A stretch of 51,081 bases of DNA from Octopus bimaculoides (Eukaryota): the NCBI RefSeq assembly GCF_001194135.2, contig NC_068985.1:62487098-62538178 (forward strand), in the 5' to 3' direction. The translations under genes were made by a program, and so were the position numbers. Shown here piece by piece: positions 48,101-51,081 of the stretch (position 1 is its first letter; every line of letters starts with the position of its first letter). A model generated the notes under the pieces. That model had not been told where the DNA came from, did not search any database, and worked only from the letters and a program-made list of their open reading frames with translations.

Positions 48101-49062
48101 TTTCATCATGACTGAATGAACAAAGTCATATGAGAAAAACTTGGAGGAATTCACCTACATAGGCTTACAGACAAGAAAGTATTCATATTCTTGTAGGAGG
48201 AGATTCTGCTAAACATGCAAATAAAGAAAAGGTAAAAATGATAGATTTTGTGTAATAATTGATAAGATCATTTCTGAAGCTGGCTCTATTAGTTAGTCTG
48301 TATATTCAGACAGTTGTCTAATTGAGAAAGTAAAACAATATTATACAGAGTATCGTAAATCAATTGAGATGGGTATTTCTGGAGTAGCTTCAAAGAAATC
48401 GTAAATGATCAAAGAGAGAACAAAGAAGTATGGAAAAGAAGAGATAGCAAGAAGATGGTGAGACAAGAATAAATTGAAAGGATGAAAACAATATAAGTAG
48501 GCTTAGATAAAAGGAAGAGTGAATCTTAATAATCTTAAAGGGGCAAGTGATAGCTATATGATTAGTGTAACAGGGAGTTAAACAAGTCATAACCTAATGA
48601 ATAAGAAAATATACAAAGTAGTAAAATATTAGTATAATACTTCGTAATTAAAAGTTCAATGATAAAAACATTAACGATAGCGATGAAATAATAGACAGGC
48701 AACTGAAGAGTTCAGTATTGGGTTATGCGAAAGGCTGAGCACAATTGACCCCTGAGAACAACACAATGTCCAGATACATTGTATGATGTATGCAGATAAG
48801 ATGACCATGCTGCTAGAAAGAGATTTGTAGATTTATACATTTATATGTATAAGAAAAAAGGGGCTTAGATTAAGAAATTATAAATGTTTATGCAATTAAT
48901 ATGTCTTATAGATATAATATATTTTACATTTGCAGAAATAAATGCTTGGAAAATTCAGGAAAACTATTTCATGATATACCCACTGTTGGTAGACCTACTG
49001 GACAAGTCTACAGTCCTCAAGAACAATGCAGGACGTTCACTAGTTCTGCAGGACTTTGCCCG
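3130..49062 (+). CDS. Multi-exon reprolysin (M12B) ADAM/ADAMTS-like zinc metalloprotease gene, partial (11 exons; signal-peptide exon and 3' exons not identified)
   Basis: Hand-assembled GT-AG exons with matching phases (1/0,0/0,0/1,1/2,2/0,0/0,0/2,2/1,1/2,2/2,2/0) give one open frame. It contains a prodomain with an H-x-V-Y...C element, RIKR furin site, YTIEVLALVD, DHVVMF, HEIGHSLSSKHD, Met-turn YIMS, FSSCS and GQVYSPQEQC. Confidence 0.9.
3530..3572. repeat. (GTG)n(GTA)n microsatellite
   Basis: Direct reading. Confidence 0.95.
3590..3770 (+). mobile_element. Degenerate tRNA-derived SINE (family A)
   Basis: Similar to the reverse complement of 15811-15962 (aataaagtaccagtt, tttcatcctttt motifs). 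Confidence 0.55.
4230..5265 (+). mobile_element. Heavily decayed RTE-like LINE, RT fragment
   Basis: Blocks parallel to 7330-8180 (atcaaattgttgggccag, agccatgtacagag, gctgatgacttagctcttatagcagaatc). Confidence 0.65.
5520..9212 (+). mobile_element. Near full-length but degenerate RTE-clade LINE (APE + RT, 3' UTR ending in (GAT)n)
   Basis: APE: DVCCIQEVRWRGAS and GILLAEKWVDKIIEVVRVSDRVLKLRL. RT: LQEKYLAKDKPLYLAFVDLEKVFDRV and YADD at ~7890. Many stops and frameshifts; 5' boundary uncertain. Confidence 0.9.
9495..9603 (-). repeat. Diverged fragment of the repeat family also at 17058-17300 and 20897-20980 (duplicated again at 9925-10033 by assembly overlap)
   Basis: Shares ttagccccaggag..catc..ccagctggct..acgacac..ctgtgtcct..aagggaa with 17095-17167. 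Confidence 0.7.
10439..10540 (+). CDS. Exon B, prodomain (DSLIYEDKVHETLLTFHCHNFEPHFKQPCMFQSV)
   Basis: Pyrimidine-rich ttatccag acceptor, gtt|gtaagt donor, 102 nt open. Confidence 0.8.
10790..10958 (+). CDS. Exon C, prodomain (FGIFYLDGHQHFIQP...HNVYKTVSSQNHFCSLKN)
   Basis: tttcag acceptor, t|gtaagt donor; G-x-F...I-x-P...H-x-V-Y pattern typical of reprolysin propeptides. Confidence 0.85.
11012..11150 (+). mobile_element. tRNA-derived SINE head fragment (family C)
   Basis: tggcctagtggtta A-box-like start and ttgaacaaggcacttcat; parallels 42231-42362. Confidence 0.55.
11531..12423. repeat. 102-bp inverted repeat pair (11531-11632 / 12322-12423), 1 mismatch, 689-bp spacer
   Basis: Manual reverse-complement alignment. 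Confidence 0.95.
12257..12320. repeat. (CA)n microsatellite
   Basis: Direct reading. Confidence 0.95.
13416..14316 (+). mobile_element. Decayed Tc1/mariner-superfamily transposon (maT/DD37D-like C-terminus)
   Basis: Across frameshifts: AAGRPYV.QQ..PCHTSRKTQKWLLENFYDFTSPNF..PNS..CNPMHYYV.GTVEK...EAEGGYFE*. gggctaaattt occurs inverted at both ends next to TA. Confidence 0.7.
15149..15962 (-). mobile_element. tRNA-derived SINE (family A) interrupted by the foldback element 15232-15810
   Basis: Minus strand starts ggcgagctggcagaattgttagc...gttctgagttcaaattc (A/B-box like); the body resumes on the other side of the insertion. Confidence 0.8.
15232..15810. mobile_element. Non-autonomous foldback/MITE-like DNA element with 36-bp perfect TIRs, inner IRs and a central telomeric palindrome
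   Basis: TIR gatcttttttaaaacgggggccacatttttcattaa at both ends; flanks ccagtacaca / ctagtacaca (10-bp TSD, 1 mismatch). Confidence 0.9.
16562..16617. repeat. (GT)n microsatellite ~70 nt upstream of the exon D acceptor
   Basis: Direct reading. Confidence 0.95.
16685..16799 (+). CDS. Exon D, furin site and start of catalytic domain (DALNLNKLQNSAPRIKRALQSTPKMYTIEVLALVDER)
   Basis: ttacag acceptor, aa|gtaagt donor; RIKR followed by YTIEVLALVD. Confidence 0.9.
17198..17242 (-). ncRNA. Candidate minimal type I hammerhead ribozyme
   Basis: Minus strand: UCUGUG CUGAUGA AGG GAAAUAA CCU GAAA AUCGUGA UA CACAGA, with a 6-bp stem I, core boxes, stem II and a UH triplet. Confidence 0.7.
17400..20790 (-). 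mobile_element. L1/Tx1-like non-LTR retrotransposon; ORF2 near complete but frameshifted, 5' truncated in ORF1
   Basis: APE MIKLGCMNVHG...ATESK; KSPG; HLDQSKAFDRVDH; VRQGCSLS; AYADDVT; zinc finger CPSCGLDDETVQHSFVQC. Confidence 0.92.
21597..22130 (-). mobile_element. 5'-truncated RTE 3' end with (GAT)n tail
   Basis: Reverse complement of motifs in 8440-9200 (gttgcccttcctaatgccaacc, cttggcttgacatgtcttctcaa). Confidence 0.75.
22903..22975 (+). CDS. Exon E (WVENKTFDEGLKEMQIYIAHVFKG)
   Basis: tttcttaaacag acceptor, ggg|gtcagt donor, phases 2/0 fit neighbours. Confidence 0.8.
23040..23465. repeat. GA-rich low-complexity minisatellite (gtgagagtggag-like units); similar tracts at 39010-39300 and 40190-40560
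   Basis: Direct reading. Confidence 0.8.
23532..23609 (+). CDS. Exon F (IDNLYRNIQDKDVSFSVKLMGIVALQ)
   Basis: ttccttag acceptor, caa|gtaagt donor; reprolysin helix/strand pattern. Confidence 0.85.
23690..25215 (-). mobile_element. Scrambled second Tx1-like remnant: + strand piece 23690-24100, - strand RT and APE pieces 24100-25215
   Basis: + strand MPWLMIHSYILRLQYL; - strand KLPGLDGLPYKLY...NWQQNKRIPSSVS and TAVLFRRGMNFKTIFQDPEGK; homologous to 17400-20790. Confidence 0.8.
25255..25470. repeat. (GTT)n/(GCT)n compound microsatellite
   Basis: Direct reading. Confidence 0.95.
25788..25865. repeat. (AAT)n array; further arrays at 26729-26815, 28660-28690, 33321-33348 and 33853-33870
   Basis: Direct reading. 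Confidence 0.95.
25866..26728 (+). mobile_element. R4/Dong-like RLE retrotransposon 3' fragment (E1)
   Basis: ORF 25909..26586: CQFC...ETIDHLISGC zinc knuckle, RHD, KPDIII...LIDMSIP (PD-D/ExK) and LTGTTHVLRR. Confidence 0.9.
26816..28659 (+). mobile_element. R4/Dong-like retrotransposon, 5'-truncated (E2)
   Basis: GIFQGDCLSPLIF, HLLFMDDLKLY, CRICGQND..HITSQC, KLDIV..IDIACP; bounded by (AAT)n. Confidence 0.9.
28690..33320 (+). mobile_element. R4/Dong-like retrotransposon, near full-length but degenerate (E3), with a SINE inserted in its 3' UTR
   Basis: KSPGKDKIPNFWL, FRPITCLTTTYK, WIDYKKAFDSLPH, GIFQGDSLSP, LFYMDDLK, KIVLVGTAHIL. Outer limits are inferred from flanking (AAT)n. Confidence 0.85.
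32776..33170 (+). mobile_element. tRNA-derived SINE (family B) with internal microsatellite
   Basis: gagtggctgtttggtaag A-box and gatttcagtccc B-box-like; reverse-complement copies at 41126-41526 and 49241-49605. Confidence 0.9.
33349..33545 (+). mobile_element. Short R4/Dong-like 3' tail
   Basis: QKIPLLGTAHILRKALSI immediately after (TAA)n. Confidence 0.7.
33600..33852 (-). mobile_element. tRNA-derived SINE (family C)
   Basis: Reverse complement matches 42231-42362 (gttcttgagcaaaacacttcatct). Confidence 0.7.
33871..36630 (+). mobile_element. R4/Dong-like retrotransposon, degenerate (E4)
   Basis: WKGPGSDGVQSYWL, RPITCLT, WLNYKKAYDMV, MDDIK, KVCLLGTASIIRRVL; begins after (AAT)n. Confidence 0.85.
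36363..36462. repeat. 20-bp tandem repeat x5 (gagattgaaataaaatgcct) within E4
   Basis: Direct reading. Confidence 0.95.
36720..36980 (-). mobile_element. SINE with tRNA-like head (possibly Ser-GCT derived), internal (AAT)n and a hammerhead-like module
   Basis: A box tggcgtggtgg (36963-36973), B box gagttcgattcc (36920-36931), GGG-CTGCTAA-CCC anticodon-like arm; CTGAAGA..GAAAC at 36811-36850. Confidence 0.8.
37250..38241 (-). mobile_element. Decayed mariner-like (DD34D-type) transposon with degenerate TIRs and TA flanks
   Basis: KVMTGDSCCYG.DP, PHPPYLPDLAPCDFF, LKGKRFADVEEVK and CIASNGEY across frameshifts. Confidence 0.85.
38530..38663 (+). CDS. Exon G (GKADKYYLKDQ...FSSFDHVVMFS)
   Basis: cttttccag acceptor, cc|gtaagt donor; DHVVMF matches the D-H-A-x-L-x-T strand. 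Confidence 0.85.
40743..40934. mobile_element. Tigger/pogo-type MITE, ~44-bp TIRs (cagtagaa...), TA flanks
   Basis: ta-cagtagaatcttggttttcaaacaactctgat ... atcagagttgttcgaaaacaaggttctactg-ta. Confidence 0.85.
41126..41526 (-). mobile_element. tRNA-derived SINE (family B)
   Basis: High similarity to the reverse complement of 32776-33170. Confidence 0.9.
41768..42075 (-). mobile_element. Tx1-like ORF2 C-terminal fragment
   Basis: VNFFKYHLKRKVRMERQVLCRESFKKRWVNVAKMV parallels the 17508..17927 protein. Confidence 0.8.
42089..42230. repeat. (GATA)n/(GACA)n/(TA)n microsatellite; similar at 41525-41581
   Basis: Direct reading. Confidence 0.95.
42231..42362 (+). mobile_element. tRNA-derived SINE head (family C)
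   Basis: tggcctagtggttcgggtgttgcactcac...gtttcaatt. Confidence 0.7.
42730..42764 (+). CDS. Exon H, 35 nt (YKISAGVSSTVG)
   Basis: ttgcag acceptor, g|gtaagt donor; phases 2/1 bridge exons G and I exactly. Confidence 0.8.
43674..44232 (-). mobile_element. Tigger/pogo-like internally deleted element
   Basis: Imperfect TIRs (c.gta.t..ctca.t.ta.gag) with TA flanks; - strand CYREIYRKHKKASSKQTTLDLFFKK resembles the Tigger C-terminus. Confidence 0.7.
44239..45395 (+). mobile_element. Mariner transposon remnant (DD34D), ~31-bp TIRs, TA TSD
   Basis: TIR tcaggtcatcccat.agttctgt; MEVSKEHLRHIML, WVPHEL, TGDEK, HLDNARPH, YSPNFAPSDYHLF; frameshifts and an internal deletion. Confidence 0.92.
45944..46049 (+). 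CDS. Exon I (GIANVGAMCTVRSASVVVQNGGFTEVLIAAHEIGHS)
   Basis: tttcag acceptor, ag|gtatgg donor; G-x-A...C and HExxH. Confidence 0.95.
46374..46538 (+). CDS. Exon J (LSSKHDGEDNDC...YIMS...FSSCSINTMKRFVQDL)
   Basis: Long T tract then tatag acceptor, tc|gtaagt donor; third zinc His, Met-turn, FSxCS. Confidence 0.95.
46805..47030 (+). repeat. Unclassified interspersed repeat (gtttagccccaggtca...gctgctatttctagcagg); related pieces lie in 11570-12250
   Basis: Shared motifs with 11980-12120 and the arms of the 102-bp inverted repeat. Confidence 0.55.
47315..47620 (-). mobile_element. RTE-type 3' tail with (GAT/GAC)n; further fragments at 39930-40130 and 49690-49850
   Basis: ctggatgcccttcctaatgtcaatcac and gcatgggttgg match the reverse complement of 9040-9200. 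Confidence 0.7.
48936..49062 (+). CDS. Exon K (NKCLENSG...PTGQVYSPQEQCRTFTSSAGLCP), start of ADAMTS-type disintegrin-like/Cys-rich region
   Basis: ttgcag acceptor, ccg|gtaagt donor; matches the PG-x-x-Y-S-x-x-x-QC motif. Confidence 0.9.
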
Positions 49063-49240
49063 GTAAGTTTGTATTTAATTGAAGTAAACTATTAATTACA
49101 ATTAAACTGTTAATTATCAAAAGATTATAGTGTTTACATCATTATCATCATCATCGTTGTAGTCATTGTCATCGTCCCCATTGTTCTCATCAGCATCAAA
49201 CACTCCATCACTCTCATCATCATGACTGTCAGCAGCAGCA

Positions 49241-49605
49241 TTTTTTTACTTGTCTCAATCATTGGAATGCAGCCATGCTGGGACACTGCCTTGAAGGGTT
49301 TAGTTGAATAAAGCAACCCTAATACTTATTTTCTTAAACCTGGGTCTTATTCTCTTGATCTTTTTTGCTGAACTAAGTTGCTGAAGTATAAATAAACCAA
49401 TGCAGGATGTCAAGTGGTGATGAGGACCAAAATACACATACACACACACAATAGAGTTCTTTCAGTTTCTATCTACCAAATCCACTCACAAGGCTTTAAA
49501 TCAACCTGAGGCTATAGTAGAAGACACTTGCCCAAGGTGCTATGCAATGGGACTGAACCTGAAACCATGCAGTTGGGAAGCAAGCTTCTTATCACACAGC
49601 CACCC
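49241..49605 (-). mobile_element. tRNA-derived SINE (family B), older copy
   Basis: ctaccaaatccactcacaaggcttt...gaagacacttgcccaaggtg...gggactgaacc. Confidence 0.85.
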
Positions 49606-51081
49606 CATCTTTCTGTGATGACATGAGTTAGAAGGATTATCTTAAACTAAATCAGTTCTTATACAGGATTCCTCCCCTTCTTTACAGACAGGGGACTATG
49701 TCTTGCCTCATACATTGGCATGTTCCCTATATCTGGATGCCCTTCCTATCACTAACAACTTTACAGTGTGTACTGAGCGCATCTTACCATGACTCCGGTG
49801 CATCTGTTTGTATAGGTAGCATCCTGGGTGTAATTATGTCCTTTCATTTAGCAAGCCCAGTGGCAATAATAAATATGACATAGGGTGTAAACTGAGTCAT
49901 AAACTGCTTGACCATGGCTGGTCAAACTTCTTGGAAATTGTCCTTCTTTAATTGAAATCTTCCAAGATGTTTAAAATTTCTTCAAAACAGGAAACTCCTT
50001 GTGTGTACTACAGAAGCTTCTGACAATATTGCATCTCACCAGGTATTGTTATCCATCAATGCAAGTCTATAGCATACCTCTAAAGTAGTTTTGATAAGAG
50101 CTTAAGTGGTATCAATCACTGCTTGATTGGTGTATCAAACTATAATCATTAATTCCAAAATAGCAATCTGTCTGAAACTATGTTCATTTTATTCAATGAA
50201 ATTATACTCCAGACTCTAAACAGATTGCCATAAAATGCTGTCCAGAAGCCAAAAGATTTGACAGTCATGAACAAGCAGTAAATTACACTATCATCATCAT
50301 TTTCATCAACATTATCATCATTATCATCACTCAAATGTTCACTTTTACATCATGGTAGCTGTTTTTGCCTTTGTTGTCACCACTGCTGTTGCTGTCATTA
50401 ATTGTGTTGTTGATACTGTTGTGGCTGTCCATGAAATTTCTTGTGTTTGTGTGTGTGTATGGGTTTGCTTCATGTGCTGCATATATCCAGCTGGCAAGCT
50501 TTAAATATATTCATACAAAAAGTGAAATCAATTGATCTCAAAGTATTTGTATTCCTTGCTTCTTTAGTTCATACAAAGTAAGCCTGTTTCTGTTATATTC
50601 ATTGCATTCATGATTAACAACGACAGCAGCAGTGGCAGTGACAACGATGGCAATAACAACAACAACAACTACCATGATGGCAACACCATGATGGCAACAC
50701 ACATACACAGAGGAATACAGGAACTGTAGCTTTTTTTGGGTCTCAGGACAGCAGTAGCACAATGGGGTGAGAGGATGGGGCTGAAGGGAAGGCCACACCG
50801 CTGCTAAACACTATGACAAACACACAAGCATACATACACACATATACACACATGCACATGTACACACACAAACAAGGACACAAACACATGCACACATAAG
50901 GATATATATCTTATAGGAACAGAATGGAGTAAGTGGAGCAAGAACACACATGAAAATGAAAAGTGTTGCTGAAGAGTTCACAGATGTGTGATGAAAGATT
51001 TCTGGACAATGGACATGAGTTAAAATAATAAAATAAGAACAGTAATAAATGAGAGAAGAAAAATATATATATATATATATA

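Noticed and set aside
50965-51010. CTGAAGA...GAAA hammerhead-like spacing (also ~48706-48745, ~9262 and ~43123)
   Set aside because: No consistent stem I/II or UH triplet; chance matches.

Overview
AT-rich, repeat-dense animal genomic DNA with 7 N-gaps and many microsatellites. The repeat landscape (tRNA-derived SINEs, RTE, R4/Dong-like, L1/Tx1-like, Penelope-like and Tc1/mariner remnants) is what I recognise from octopus genomes; this is an inference, not a database result. One host gene runs on the + strand across almost the whole window. Eleven GT-AG exons with fully compatible phases (3130-49062) encode a reprolysin/M12B (ADAM/ADAMTS-like) metalloprotease: prodomain, RIKR furin site, zinc motif HEIGHSLSSKHD, Met-turn YIMS and the start of an ADAMTS-type Cys-rich domain. 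The first and last exons are not identified in the window. The introns are filled with decayed transposons, none with an intact ORF. The most notable observations are: (1) two hammerhead-ribozyme-like motifs on the - strand, one beside the 3' end of a Tx1-like LINE that is bracketed by 163-bp direct repeats, and one inside a tRNA-headed SINE; (2) a 579-bp foldback element with three tiers of inverted repeats centred on a head-to-head telomeric palindrome; (3) a 102-bp near-perfect intronic inverted repeat; (4) an ~11-kb same-orientation train of R4/Dong-like elements separated by (AAT)n arrays. No prokaryotic-type systems, CRISPR arrays or intact tRNA/rRNA genes were seen.
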